64,000 bases of DNA from Isurus oxyrinchus (taxonomy: Eukaryota), in NCBI GenBank assembly GCA_026770705.1, contig JANJGN010000028.1, positions 15,996,001-16,060,000 on the forward strand, read 5' to 3'. The notes below the pieces were generated by a model. It did no database searches, was not told the DNA's origin, and worked only from the letters and a program-made list of their open reading frames with translations. The position numbers were made by a program, and so were the translations under genes. Positions 11,793 to 25,064 of the stretch are shown here, in pieces (position 1 is the stretch's first letter; each line of letters opens with the position of its first letter).

Positions 11793-13392
11793 TGTTACAA
11801 CCTCTGTAGAGATGGTTTAAAGAAAATTTCAAACTACTAGCTGTTAATTGAAAGGATGGCACGTCAAGATTTTACATTTTAAAAGAAGTGTTAACGTATT
11901 AATGACTGAAGACAAAACACTATTAATTAAACACTATTAACTAAACACTATTAACTTTTCATAGACAACTTATACTTTAAACTACTGAACCGAGACTGGC
12001 ACTTTCTATTTTTAATGACAACCAAAAACCCTGATTTTGTTACACTACTTTTGTTAGCCTCTTAAGTAGATGTTCAATGTTTGGAACCTATCCAAAGTGT
12101 ATAGCAGCTCCCAAAGGTTTACTATTTTTCCTTTCCCAATAAAATTTTCCATTGTGAGAATTTCATTTCCCTAGGAAATTTCATTTCCTCTGGCTTCAGC
12201 TAGGCAAATCCTCCAGCCTGGCTTTAACTTCTCACAAATTTGGTCTTCGAAGTGAGTGCGAGTTCTCGCCTGCTTTCTGCATGGTGAACAATAGAGTCAG
12301 CATTTTCTCTGCTTAATGTGCAGGCTAACATCTATCTTTTGTTCTCTGATTCCCAGTCAGACTGTAGAACTCCCAGCAGACTGCACAAGACCAAAAACAG
12401 CAACTGCTTGTGTGTGTGATAGGTCTGGGTTTATAGGGAAGCCTGTAACCCAATCTTAAAATGGCTTCCTCTACCCTCCATTCCATGGCAACGGGAATTA
12501 CACTTGACTTGTATCCAACTAAAAATGTTCATCGGCTATCTTTGTTTACAAAGCATTTTATTTTAGAAACAAAGAGACAGTTTCCAGCAAAGCTCTTTGT
12601 ACTGGAGTATTAATAACAACTTTCAGGAGAATTGGAGACTTCCCATTGTGGACTTAGAAATTTGCAATTTGTGCATGTGCATTTTGCAGAGGTAGATGCC
12701 CATATAAATCAGCAGCTGCCTCCATTCATATCTGATTTTGGTAATCCAGGTGTGTGAAACATGATGTGTGCAGGTTAGACCTGGTAGGAGCAGGTCTGAA
12801 CTTTGTGGAGTCCTTTGGAAAGGTGAGGTAACCTGTTAGAGAGGTAGGGTACTCCTTTAGATATGGTCCCGGGATGCCTTTCAGGGAGGTTTTAACAATC
12901 CCAAAGGGCAGCTGACCTCCCTGAAAGGCATCCCGGGACCATATCTAAAGGAGTACCCTACCTCTCTAACAGGTTACCTCACCTTTCCAAAGGACTCCAC
13001 AAAGTTCAGACCTGCTCCTACCAGGTCTAACCTGCACACATCATGTTTCACACACCTGGATTACCAAAATCAGATATGAATGGAGGCAGCAGCTGATTTA
13101 TATGGGCATCTACCTCTGCAAAATGCACATGCACAAATTGCAAACCAAGCCCATTCATGTTCTCACAAACATGTTGGGTGGAGGGGGGGGTCTTCTGAAT
13201 TTCGGTCTCTTCTGCCATTTTTGTATCACTTGGTCTTTGTGAAAGCCGTGGCCAATGTGACTCCAGCTTAGGCCACATGACTCCTTTCGTTTAGCCTATC
13301 TTTAAAGATACAGTCCTAAACTATAACACTCTTACGAACCAAAAGATATAGCCCTGAAACTTAATAATCATTTCAATTTCAAATTTGTAACA
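11793..13392 (-). mobile_element. probable solo LTR (Gypsy/ERV-like) carrying an internal inverted duplication
   Basis: Termini TGTTACAA...TTGTAACA form an 8-bp inverted repeat. Flanks atac / agac give a 4-bp TSD with 1 mismatch. No coding capacity. A 14-bp unit, aaacactattaa(t/c)t, is repeated three times near 11915-11956. Strand is inferred. Confidence 0.62.
12661..13144. repeat. perfect 230-bp inverted repeat with 24-bp spacer
   Basis: 12661-12890 is the reverse complement of 12915-13144 with no mismatch seen. Spacer is tttaacaatcccaaagggcagctg. Confidence 0.95.
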
Positions 13393-14299
13393 AGACAAAT
13401 ACTAAATAAAGCTAAAATGAAAACAGATAATCCTGGAAGTACTCTGCAGGTCAGGTAGCCTCTGAAATAAACTCTTGATAATGAGACATTCCTGGTAGTC
13501 TAAGATACAATAAATTTCTTTTTCAGGTATACTGACAAATCAATTATTTTGAACTGCAAAATATCCAATTTTTGTGACCCAGAATATCACTTTTTCTTTT
13601 GCCATGGAATTGTATGTTTGCAGTCTAATAAATCTAAGTGACTGCCCTGAGGGTGACCAGAGAAAGTTATAGCTGCATGACCCATTTTTGCACACTTTAA
13701 GTCACCTTAGAGATAAAGGAGAAAAGTTCAAGTGTGATTGCTGAAACACGCAACGTGTGATACTATTACCCTACATCTATCCAGTAAGATTGTCAGCCAG
13801 AACGGTGGGCGCTTCAGCAGAGATTGAAATCGGAGCATTGTGAAAGCTGGTAATAATTATAATGTGTTGTCACACTCTGACTGACTGAGGTTTTCCCTGA
13901 AGACTGCTATCTTGCTGTTGTGCAAATGTTCAAAAATCTATTTTTATAGCACTGTAGGAGTTTGTCGCTAGTTGCCATGTGTTAGTGATATTGTAAACTC
14001 AGTGGGAAGAATCCCTCTGGCTGTCATGATTTTGACTAGAAGTGCTCATCATAAAGGAGACTTTCTTATATATACTATCCTAATGATACCACTAACCTGG
14101 AGCAACCAAAGGAATCTTCCTCCCATATAAACAGATGGAACAAAAATTGTTGCCATTTACAAGAGCTGATTTTCCTGAGTCAGTCCTGCTGATTTTGTAT
14201 CTTGGGATCCACAAACTTCTGGCAGTATTTATTCCAACTAAGTTTATAAGGAAGGCAGCAACCATTCAAAACGCTAGTTCCAAAAACAAATTGTTGGTT

Positions 14300-14580
14300 T
14301 GTGTTCCTTAAGCCAATCCTATATAAAACGCAACTCAGCCTCAACGCTGATATTGTGTCCAGTTCTGGGTACCATACTTTTGGAAGGGTGTGAAGGTACT
14401 TACCACAAGTGTTGCCAGGATGAGGGATTACAGTTACGTGGAGAAATTGGAGAAGCTGGGATTTCTCTCCTAAAGAGAAGGAAATTTGATCGAGGTGTTT
14501 CAAAATCACGGTGGGTTTTGATGGAGTAATTAAGGAGAAACTATTTCTAAGAGAGGCCAAAGGGCACAGATTTAAGATTG
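14300..14580 (+). mobile_element. CR1 LINE fragment
   Basis: tattgtgtccagttctggg...ttgccaggatgaggga...gaggtgtttcaaaatc...gggcacagatttaag. Confidence 0.75.
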
Positions 14581-15769
14581 AACCATTGAAGCTTTACAAT
14601 TTGTAAATGTCCTAAAGCCAATAACAATTTCCTCACACTATCAGTCAGCAGCTCCTTTTAGTTAGTTCTTAGTTTCTAGTTATTTCATCAGCATTCATTG
14701 TTGTAATAAAAATATTTACAGTAAAAGGTTTTTTAAACAATATATGTAGATTATTCCATGTCAAGATAAGTCCTAAGAACAGAGGAAAACTTGGCAGATT
14801 TTGAAGTCCAGTTATTGTTCCACAGACTATACAGAATTATCTCACAACTCCCTCCTCACCAATTTAGTTCATGGTTTAAATCCCATGTGACTGCCAAATA
14901 GAATCATAGAAAAAGGCCATTCGTTCAATCAAGTTTATGCCAGCCCTTTTGAAGAGCAATCTCTGCCCCTCCCCCCGTATTTCTGCAATTGGAAAGCAGA
15001 TTTCCTTTGCTGAAGGGCATTAGTGAACCTGATGGGTTTTTATGACAACCAATGGTACATGTCAGGGTCACCATTACTGGGATTAGTGTTTATATTCAAT
15101 TTTTTAAACTGAATTTAGATTCTACCAGCTGCCAAAGTGGGATTTGAACCCACCCCCACCTGAGCATTAGCCTGGCCCTCAGGATTACTAGTCTAGTGAC
15201 ATTACCATTATGCCACCGATATAAATGCAAACTGTTATGATATCTCCTTGTATTTAAACAATTTGGTGTCATCAATTTTGTCAACTACTCTCCTTATTGG
15301 CCACATGAGATAGGGTCCCCTCACCACCCACAGGCCCCTTACCCTAGTATCTGAAATTTCAAATCTCAGGCTCAGACATCTTAATCCCATTAGTACTTCT
15401 GTTTCTTATTAATTTTGTAGTTTTGTTCATTTGAATTTTGTGGGCCTGGAGGTCCTGAGCAAGGCTGTTCTTAGCTTTGTTGTCATTGTAGGTGCTCAAT
15501 AACACCAACTTGCATTTTTATAGTGCCATTAACATCGCAAAAGGTGCAAGGTGCTTCGTGGAATTATATCAAACACAGTTTGATGTTGAGTCGCTTCAGG
15601 AGCTATCAGGATGGGTGGCCAAAAGCTTGTTCAAAGAGGTAGGCTTTAAGAAGCATCTTAAATGAGAGAGGTAAGGAGATTCAAGAAGGGAATTCCATTG
15701 CTTAGGACTTCAGCAGCTACACTGGCAAGGCTAACCTCTACAGCTCACCTCTAACCTATTCCCACCGCA

Positions 15770-16480
15770 CTGTTAGGTAAGGAGTTCTAGGATTTTGATC
15801 CAGCGCCAATGAAGGAATGGTGATATATGTTCGAGTCTGGATAGTGTGTGAGTTGGAGGGGAAATTGGAGATGATGGTGCTCCCATGCACCTGTTGCCCT
15901 CGATCTTCCAGATGGGGCTGGTTGAAGGCTTGGGGGTTGTTGCTTGTTAACGGGATCCATGCCCGTTGGTGAAGTCAAAACTAAGACACAGAGGCTTTCC
16001 TTGCTGAGGGAGTTTAATGACTTTGTTCAGTGTCGACACTCCTCACGTCCGCACAGATCTCCCAGCTATCACCTATTTATATGTGCTCAAATGCCCATCA
16101 CCTGTTTTCCTTAACAATGTAATTGACATTGACAAATCTTAACAATATAATTGATGAGGCATTGACATTGTCGAAGAAAATTTTGGCATGTTGCAGCAAA
16201 TGCACTGCAGCCACAGTGCTTCAGTATGGAAGCAGTGTATAGTTCAACAAAGTAGATGGGCTGCCAATTAAGCTGACTGCTTTGTCCTAGTGGTGTTGGG
16301 CTTTCTGAGCCTTGTTAGAATTACATCCATCCGGAAAAATGGAGAGTATTCCATTGCACTCCAGCCTTGCGCTTTGTTGGTGGTGGAGAGCCTTTGGGTA
16401 GTTGGGAGATGAGTCACTTGCTGCAGATTAAGCAGACTCTGACCTGCCCTTGTAGCTACGACAATAATGTGGCTGGCCCA
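15770..16480 (-). mobile_element. same LINE family fragment with a ~180-bp insert (~15965-16145)
   Basis: gttctaggattttgatccagcg...aaggaatggtgatatat...ggagagtattccat, similar to 42920-43400. Confidence 0.7.
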
Positions 16481-17322
16481 TTTACAGCATTTGTGTTGAG
16501 ATGCTCAGAGCCTCTGAATCACAAAGTCCTAATTTTCCTATTTCTCTTCCATGTTTTTGTGCCAATGTTTCCAATTTTACAGCAGAGCATAAGTGCGTGA
16601 GGAGGCGGTTAAGAGAATTATCAGACAACCCACCACTAAGCTTCACGCACAGGCTGTTCATAACTCCTACATTTGTGAAATGTTGGCATGGGATCTTACA
16701 CACTGCACCTCTTTTCCCTTTGTCACCTATTGTTGAAAAGAGTGGAATGGAACAACGACTGTCCCTGGGCTAGTATCCAGAGGCTCAGGCTAATGCTTTG
16801 GGGACATGGGTTCAAATCCCACCATGGCAGCTGGTGGAATTTGAATTCAATTAGTGAAGTCTGGAATTGAAAGCTAGTCTCAGTAATGGTTACCACAAAA
16901 CTATCATTGATTGTCATTAAAAACCCATCTGATTCACTAATGTCCTTTCAGGAAGAAAATCTGCCATCCTTTCCTGTTCTGGCCTACATGTGACTCCAGA
17001 CCCACAGCAATGTAATTGATTCTTAACTTCCCTCTGTAATGGTCTTGGAAGCAACTCAGTTCAAGGGCAATTAGGGATGGGCAACAAATGCTGGCCTTGT
17101 CAGTGATGCCCACATCCCATGAAAGAACAGCACAAAAAAATCCTACCATATGATATCGAACCAAGGTTTGCAGAGTGCTGAAATTTGGGATGGCTGAGAA
17201 AAGTCATACGACCCCTGGTCCAGTTTTTATGTTGGCTGCTCAGTGATCTTTCCCTAAAGTCCTGGTTATAAAAGGAAGAAGAAAATAAAACTGTTCACTT
17301 TTAAGATACCATGAGTGTTACC

Positions 17323-18100
17323 ATAAGATCATAAGACCATAAGAAGTAGGAGCAGAAGTAGGCCATTCGGCCCATTGAATCTGCTCCGCAATTCAGTGAG
17401 ACCATGTCTGATCTGATAATCCTCAACTCCACTTTCCTGCCTTTTCCCCATAACCCTTGATTCCCTTACTGATTAAAAGTCTGTCTATCTCAGCCTTGAA
17501 TATACTTAAAGACCCAGCCTCTACAGCCCTCTGTGGTAAAGAATTCCACAGATTCACTACTCTCTGAGAGAAGAAATTCCTCCTCATCTCTGTCTTAAAT
17601 GGGTGACCTCTTACTCTGAGGTTATGCCCTCTGGTCCTAGTCACCATCCCACAAGAGGAAACAACCTCTCAGTATCTACCCTGTCAAGCCTCCTTTGAAC
17701 AAGGGCAATTAGGGAGGTCTAGCCAGCAATGCCCACATCCCATTAATGAATTAAAAAAAAGAATCTTATATGTTTCGATAAGGTCGCCTCTCATTCTTCT
17801 AAACTCCAATGAGTACAGACACAACCTACTCAACCTCTCCTCATAAGAAAATATCCCCATACCCAGGATCAGCCTAGTGAACCTTCTCTGGACTGCCTCC
17901 AATGCCAGTATATCTTTCCTTAGATAAGGGGACCAAAACTGTTCACGGTATTCTATATGTGATCTAACTAGTACCTTGTATAGTTTTAGCAAGATTTCCC
18001 TATTTTTATACTCCATTCCCTTTAAAATAAAGATCAACATCCCATTTGCCTTCCCTGTTACCTTCTGAGCTTGTATGCTAGCTTCTTGTGATTCATGCAC
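17323..18100 (-). mobile_element. CR1 (HER1-like) LINE 3' end
   Basis: ORFs ...LYKVLVRSHIEY.EQFWSPYLRKDILALEAVQRRFTRLI...RRMRGDLIETYK and TRGHNLRV...RRNFFSQRVVNLWNSLP. Ends in a (cttatgat/ggt)n microsatellite tail. Confidence 0.92.
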
Positions 18101-18371
18101 GACCCACAGTTCATTCAGCTAAATATACTTCAGGATGTAGTAAGATTGCTAAGGCCTTCATTAAAAATAACTGACCAAGGGATCCTACATGGGTGTATAA
18201 GTTATTATTCAATAAAAGTTGAACCCATATCTGCTAAATATATTGTCTGCCTCTCTCCCATTTGTTCCATCATTCTTTCTGATATTCGATCATGTTTGTA
18301 ATTTTGTTCCACTAAATTCTTTGATGAGACCCCAGGTTAAAAAATGCAGTCACCTATTAGAATATAATGTC

Positions 18372-18797
18372 AGCTGTGGCTCAGTTGAAAGCACACTCAT
18401 CTCTGGATCAAAAGGTCCCATTCCTGAGGCTTTGAGAGCATGAATATCCAGGCTGATGCTCCAGTGCAGTGCCCTAGGAGTACTGCATTGTTGGAGGGCT
18501 CCATCTTCCAGAAAAGATGTTAAACTGCGGCCTTGTCTGGGCGAATGTGAAAGATTCCATGGCACTACTTCAAAGTGAAACAGCTGAGTCCTCCCAGGTG
18601 CCCTGCCAATATATATTCCTCAACCAAAATCACAAAATGAGTGAAATATCTAGTTATCGGCTTGTGGGACTGTGATAAAAACTGGCTGCCTCATTTTCCT
18701 ACTGAACAACAGTGACTCTACGTCACGTAGTATTACCTGTAAAACATTGGGACATCCTGAAGTCGTGCAAGGTGATGTATAAATGCAAGTTCTTCCT
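18372..18797 (+). repeat. near full-length DeuSINE
   Basis: tRNA-like head gctgtggctcagttg..., Deu domain aaagattccatggcactact, and tail gtataaatgcaagttctt. Confidence 0.82.
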
Positions 18798-19669
18798 TTG
18801 ACTTAACAGTGACTTGACAGCTTTTTAGCAGGTGCTTTGAGACTGTCCCTCATGAGCATATGTTGTGAGCTATTAACATTCAATGAAGTATGGCAGTATT
18901 AGCAGCAACCCTGGACATAACACTGCTGATCTGGCCTGACAGTGATATGCCTGGCTTTCTTTTCTCACTTCCTGCTCTGGTGGTCTGGCAAATGAAAGGC
19001 TACAGCATCCATTTTGTCAGTGATACAGCCTTTGAGTTTATTAAAGCCGAAGCACGCTTTCGAAAGAGAAATTTTAAAAAAAAAGGAGAATGAGTTCACA
19101 AAACAGTGGTTGATGGGAAAAAATTTAAAGTAAGGCCTTTTCTTGGGCAGACTAGTGAGCAAGTATTCTCTGGTTTAAGGGCTTCTCTACCATTCTCTTA
19201 GTTTGGTTTGGTTGTTGCTGGTTGCCTCTCTGGTACCTTGTCCAGTTCAACATGTTTGACCCTAGAGCCAGGGCTTGGGAACTGAAAATGACAAGAAGAG
19301 CCATTTTTAAAAGTTTAGTCCAAAATGCAACATGTTAAGAGCCGCGACACCATCATTCAAGTGTCAATCATAATGAAAAACCAGACAGAGGCAGATTATG
19401 GATGCCTGCTTGTTTTCCTGTTTCAACTAGGAGTCTGTTTGTTTCCAGTTTTTGTGTTTTTGGATGAGAAACACATTTCAACAACTATTTTCTAAAAATT
19501 GGTAACAAGGTAAGAATGGGTTCAGCTGGGACTTGCTGCTGACAGGTCTTTGAAACCTTTGAGGTGAGTTGCTCATCACAACCGAACCTGATCTGAACAT
19601 TCAGGCTAATTCTAGTGCGCCTATTCCTGTCTGCATCAACACATACTGGAGGTTAACCCTACAACCATT

Positions 19670-21585
19670 GTGTGAACATATGTTCCTTCTAGCATGTGTA
19701 AATGAGCCACACTGAGAGCCCAGCTGATGATATTAAATTGGCTGTCAATGTAATCCTTAGCACAGTCAGGATTGTTAAACAAGTGCTGTCCAATCACAGA
19801 ACACATCTAATGTTGGACACTATGTTTTAAGTTTTGCAAGCATGGGCTGGTTGGGTACAGTCATTACCTTTCCCTGTTGTGATCAGCTAAAGGGACATGG
19901 TGTTCGATGCGATCTGCTAGTCTTTGGGACATGTGGCCTATATACCTGGCATTACACTGGCACTGAAATTCATATGCCACATTACTCATTTCTGTGATAG
20001 GCAGAACATCTTTTTGGCTTGACGGCAGCATCCTATAGGCAGAGAACATCACTTGTTACTGCATAGCAGCAGTGTGAAATGGCTAGCTTTGCCTATTTCT
20101 CAAATTTTTGAGACACCATACCTTTCCAGGGTAATCTGAGGTAGGCTGGGCGCTTTTCAGGACCGGAGATGGTGGCCTTAGGCCCGTTTGCGCGATATAC
20201 AGCGAGCAATGATCTGAGCAGGGTAGCCATTATCCCGCAGGATGGCTTTGATGTGTCTCACTTCAGCATCAAATGATGAGCAAATGGCTCAGGCCCTATT
20301 TATGAGAATGCCGGTAAGGCCAATCTTATAACATGTGGAACTGTCAAGAATCCCAACGTGTATATTGACCGGTGAAGGTAGACTTGTAGTAGGGAATCCA
20401 CTGGCAGGTCTCTCAACTAGCACTTCGAGGATAGGGAGCTCACTTGACTGCCCCATTTCAAAGGTGAATCTGAGGTTGGAACCCTTTGAGATGTTGCTCA
20501 ACACTTCACCAATGTACTGCTCAGGGGAGCCATAGATATTTTCACCGCATCACTATATCATGGCAACCCTAGATGCACCACCATTGCCTGAATCTGTATT
20601 GATTGAGTTTATGATGTCAGCAGCTCATGGGGTCAGAATCTCACCCTTGTCAGGCAGGATCGGCTGGGAAGCCGCAATCGGGACTGGAAGGCGATTTCAC
20701 GCTGGGCAATTAAGGCCCGCCCAGCGTGAAAGGCGAGTGACGGTGCTCAATGCTGCCTGTGTGAGCAGTGAGATGGGGGGTGGGGGCGGAGTGCGAGCGC
20801 ACACTTGACAATCTCCCTAAGTCGCAGAGCTGCCTCAGCAAGATGAAGAGTTATATTAAAAAAAAATTAAAGACGTTAAAAATATAATAAAACATGACCC
20901 CTCATGTGACTCTGTGGACGAGGTTTCCTAAAAAGTGCAAAGGCCACCAGGCCTTTTTGCCTGCCCGCCAACTATAATGTCGGACGGGCAGCGAAAAATT
21001 CCATTTAATTGATGATTTAATGGCCTTAACAGGCCTTTTAATTGTCGGTGGGCGCACTGCCGAACGAAATATCGCGCGACTGTGTGTTAATGTTGGGGCA
21101 CCTGCCTGACATCAGCGCAATTCCTTTTACGCTCGAGTGGGTCAGGCGCCCACCCACCCAGCTAACAATTTTTCCCATGCAGTTGGATCCAGTTTTAACA
21201 ACACCATGTACGCACAATATAGTTGGTGTTGCCATGGTTTTCTCTCAAGGCCCATTTCTCTCAAACACCTCTGTTGATTTCTTACGAGAAATGCGGTTTC
21301 AATGGAATGACCCCTGGCGTCATACCTGTCGCTCATTTCCAATAAGTAGATCATACGTTTGCTATATTTGAATTCACAGCTGCATGTAAGAATTTCCTCA
21401 TACACCTTAATGGGCTCCATCTTGTGTTCAAATTGGCCTTTGAAATGGAGCAGACAAATGAGCTCCCTTTCCTCACTGTGCTAGTTGTGATATCTGCCTT
21501 AGGGTGCTCTACTACTGCCTACAGCAAACTTACCTTCACTGGTCAACATATGTGTTGCGATTCCTACAGTTCCACACACATATTG
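19670..21585. mobile_element. older degenerate Penelope-like element (Poseidon-type), also inverted
   Basis: The minus arm (~19670-20474) encodes LRFTFEM..SELP.LEVLVE...YKIGL....NRA and KDVLPIT.MSNVAYEFQCQCNARYIGHMSQRLADRIEHHVP (GIY-YIG). The plus arm (~20480-21585) encodes frameshifted RT pieces (LDAPPLPESVLIEFM; SFNNTMYAQ..GVAM; LNGLH....AFEMEQTNELPFL). A TIR element interrupts it at ~20629-21176. Confidence 0.82.
20629..21176. mobile_element. TIR-type non-autonomous element inserted in the Poseidon RT; related copy at ~35760-36180
   Basis: Shares aaacatgmccc..cgtgtgac..tgt, gcccgccaac, ttggacgg and aacgaaatatcgcg with 35785-36170. Host RT sequence resumes after it. Confidence 0.7.
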
Positions 21586-21830
21586 AAATAAGAAAACACA
21601 TAAGAAAATGTGTATGCTTCTAAAAGCAACAACAGACCAAAATGCAGACATGCCTTGTTCCACAGTCCATGGCAGGGTATTTGAACAGTCCCTGTGCACT
21701 AGAGACATAGTGCAAATTCTATTTGCCCTGTACAAAACGGAATAATGGCATTAATTTTCAATTACAAAAACAAAAACAGAATTAGCTGGAAAAACTCAGC
21801 AGGTCTGGCAGCATCGGCGGAGAAGAAAAG

Positions 21831-21869
21831 AGTTGACGTTTCGAGTCCTCATGACCCTTCGACAGAACT
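21831..21869 (-). ncRNA. hammerhead-like motif, inverted copy in the left PLE arm
   Basis: Exact reverse complement of 25065-25103. Confidence 0.68.
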
Positions 21870-23064
21870 TGAGTTTGAGTCCAAGAAAGAGTTGAAATAT
21901 AAGCTGGTTTAAGGTGTGTGTGTGTGGGGGCCGGAGAGAGAGAGAGAGAGAGAGAGAGGTGGAGGGAGGGGTGTGGTTGTAGGGACAAACAAGCAGTGAT
22001 AGAAGCAGATCATCAAAAGATGTCAACAACAATAATACAAAAGAACACATAGGTGTTAAAGTTAAAGTTGGTGATATTATCTAAACAAATGTGCTAATTA
22101 AGAATGGATGGTAGGGCACTCAAGGTATAGCTCTAGTGGGGGTGTTTTTTTTTAAATAATGGAAATAGGTGGGAAAAGGAAAATCTTTATAAGTTATTGG
22201 AAAAAAAGGAAGGGGGAAACAGAATGGGGGTGGGAATGGGGGAGGGAGCTCACGACCTAAAGTTGTTGAATTCAGTATTCAGTCCGGAAGGCTGTAAAGT
22301 GCCTAGTCGGAAGATGAGGTGTTGTTCCTCCAGTTTGCGTTGGGCTTCACTGGAACAATGCAGCAAGCCAAGGACAGACATGTGGGCAAGAGAGCAGGGT
22401 GGAGAGTTAAATGGCAAGCGACAGGGAGGTTTGGGTCATTCTTGCGGACAGACCACAGGTGTTCTGCAAAGCGGTCGCCCAGTTTACGTTTGGTCTCTCC
22501 AATGTAGAGGAGACCACATTGGGAGCAACGAATGCAGTAGACTAAGTTGGGGGAAATGCAAGTGAAATGCTGCTTCACTTGAAAGGAATGTTTGGGTCCT
22601 TGGACGGTTTGGAGAGAGGAAGTGAAGGGGCAGGTGTTGCATCTTTTGCGTGGGCATGGGGTGGTGCCTAGGAGGGGGTTGAGGAGTAGGGGGTGATGGA
22701 GGAGTGGACCAGGGTGTCCCGGAGGGAGCGATCCCTACGGAATGCCGATAGGGGGGGTGAAGGGAAGATGTGTTTGGTGGTGGCATCATGCTGGAGTTGG
22801 TGGAAATGGCGGAGGATGATCCTTTGAATGCGGAGGCTGGTGGGGTGATAAGTGAGGACAAGGGGGACCCTATCATGTTTCTGGGAGGGAGGAGAAGGCG
22901 TGAGGGTGGATGCGCAGGAGATGGGCCAGACACGGTTGAGGGCCCTGTCAACGACCGTGAGTGGAAAACCTCGGTTAAGGAAGAAGGAGGACATGTCAGA
23001 GGAACTGTTTTTGAATGTAGCATCATCGGAACAGATGCGACGGAGGCGAAGGAACTGAGAGAAT

Positions 23065-24683
23065 CAGCTTCCAACCTGATAGTCGCCCAACCTCGGACGG
23101 CCCGCTTCTATCTCCTACCCAAAATCCACAAACAGAACTGCCCCAGTAGACTGATCGTCTCAGCTTGCTCCTGCCCCACAGAACTCATTTCTCGTTATCT
23201 TGACTCCCTTCTCTCTCCCCTTGTCCAGTCCCTTCCCACCTACATCCGTGATTCCTCTGACACCTTATGTCACATCAACAATTTCCAGTTCCCTGGCCCC
23301 AACCGCTTCCTCTTCACCATGGACGTCCAATCCCTCTACACCTTCATCCCCCACCAGGATGGTCTGAGGGCCCTTAGCTTCTTCCTCGAACAGAGGCCCG
23401 AACAATCCCCATCCACTACTACTCTCCTCCGTCTGGCTGAACTTGTTCTCACGCTGAACAATTTCTCCTTCAACTCCTCTCACTTACTCCAAATAAAAGG
23501 TGTGGCTATGGGTACCCGCATGGGCCCCAGCTATGCCTGTCTCTTTATGGGGTATGTGGAACATTCCTTGTTCCAGTCCTACTCCGGCCCCCTTCCACAA
23601 CTCTTTCTCCAGTACATCGATGATTACTTCGGTGCCGCTTCATGCTCTCGTCGGGACTTGGAAAAATTTATTAATTTTGCTTCCAATCTCTACCCCTCCA
23701 TCATTTTCACGTGGTCCATCTCTGACACTTCCCTTCCCTTCCTTGACCTCTCTGTCTCAGTCTCTGGTGATAGACTGTCCACCAATATCCATTACAAACC
23801 CACCGACTCCCACAGCTATCTCGACTACAGCTCCTCACACCCCGCTTCCTGTAAGGACTCCATCCCATTCTCCCAGTTCCTTCGCCTCCGTCGCATCTGT
23901 TCCGATGATGCTACCTTCAAAAACAGTTCCTCTGACATGTCCTCCTTCTTCCTTAACCGAGGTTTTCCACCCACAGTCGTTGACAGGGCCCTCAGCCGTG
24001 TCTGGCCCATCTCCTGCGCATCCGCCCTCATGCCTTCTCCTCCCTTACAGAAACATGATAGGGTCCCCCTTGTCCTCACTTATCACCCCACCAGCCTCCG
24101 CATTCAAAGGATCATCCTCCGCCATTTCCGCCAACTCCAGCATGATGCCACCACCAAACACATCTTCCCTTCACCCCCCCTATCGGCATTCCGTAGGGAT
24201 CGCTCCCTCCGGGACACCCTGGTCCACTCCTCCATCACCCCCTACTCCTCAACCCCCTCCTATGGCACCACCCCATGCCCACACAAAAGATGCAACACCT
24301 GCCCCTTCACTTCCTCTCTCCTCACCGTCCAAGGACCCAAACACTCCTTTCAAGTGAAGCAGCATTTCACTTGCATTTCCCCCAACTTAGTCTACTGCAT
24401 TCGTTGCTCCCAATGTGGTCTCCTTTACATTGGAGAGACCAAACGTAAACTGGGCGACCGCTTTGCAGAACACCTGCGGTCTGTCCGCAAGAATGACCCA
24501 AACCTCCCTGTCGCTTGCCATTTTAACTCTCCACCCTGCTCTCTTGCCCACATGTCTGTCCTTGGCTTGCTGCATTGTTCCAGTGAAGCCCAACGCAAAT
24601 TGGAGGAACAACACCTCCTCTTCCGACTAGGCACCTTACAGCCTTCCGGACTGAATACTGAATTCAACAACTTTAGGTCGTGA
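23065..24683 (+). CDS. PLE reverse transcriptase + GIY-YIG endonuclease (5'-truncated, open frame, ~539 codons)
   Basis: RT motifs: RFYLLPKIHK, YIRDS, FTMDVQSLYT, QIKGVAMGTRMGPSYACLFMG, QYIDD, LPFLD, SIPFSQFLRLRRICS. These are followed by a Cys/His linker (CPHKRCNTC...HFTC) and a GIY-YIG domain (NLVYCIRCSQCGLLYIGETKRKLGDRFAEH...GLN). The first ~98 aa of the listed 637-aa ORF come from the antisense arm and are not real. Confidence 0.92.
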
Positions 24684-25064
24684 GCTCCCTCCCCCATCCC
24701 CACCCCCTTTCTGTTTCCCCCTTCCTTTTTTTTCCAATAAATTATAAAGATTTTCCTTTTCCCACCTATTTCCATTATTTAAAAAAAAACACCCCCACTA
24801 GAGCTATACCTTGAGTGCCCTACCATCCATTCTTAATTAGCACATTCGTTTAGATAATATCACCAACTTTAACTTTAACACCTATGTGTTCTTTTGTACT
24901 ATTGTTGTTGACATCTTTTGATGATCTGCTTCTATCACTGCTTGTTTGTCCCTACAACCACAACCCCCCCTCCACCTGTCTCTCTCTCTCTCTCTCTCTC
25001 TCCGCCCCCCACACACACACCTTAAACCAGCTTATATTTCAACTCTTTCTTGGACTCGAACTCA

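Noticed and set aside
17684-18100. 138-aa ORF as a host gene
   Set aside because: It is a CR1 ORF2 C-terminal fragment, interrupted by a SINE/LINE tail at ~17700-17760.
21782-22050. Recurrent small ORFs ending PPMLPDLLSFS (also 24946, 46586, 54146, 58410, 58486) as a peptide family
   Set aside because: They are translations of the non-coding PLE terminal repeat.
22770-23064. N-terminal ~98 aa of the 637-aa ORF as a novel RT fusion domain
   Set aside because: It is the antisense reading of the inverted arm, which happens to run in frame into the truncated RT.
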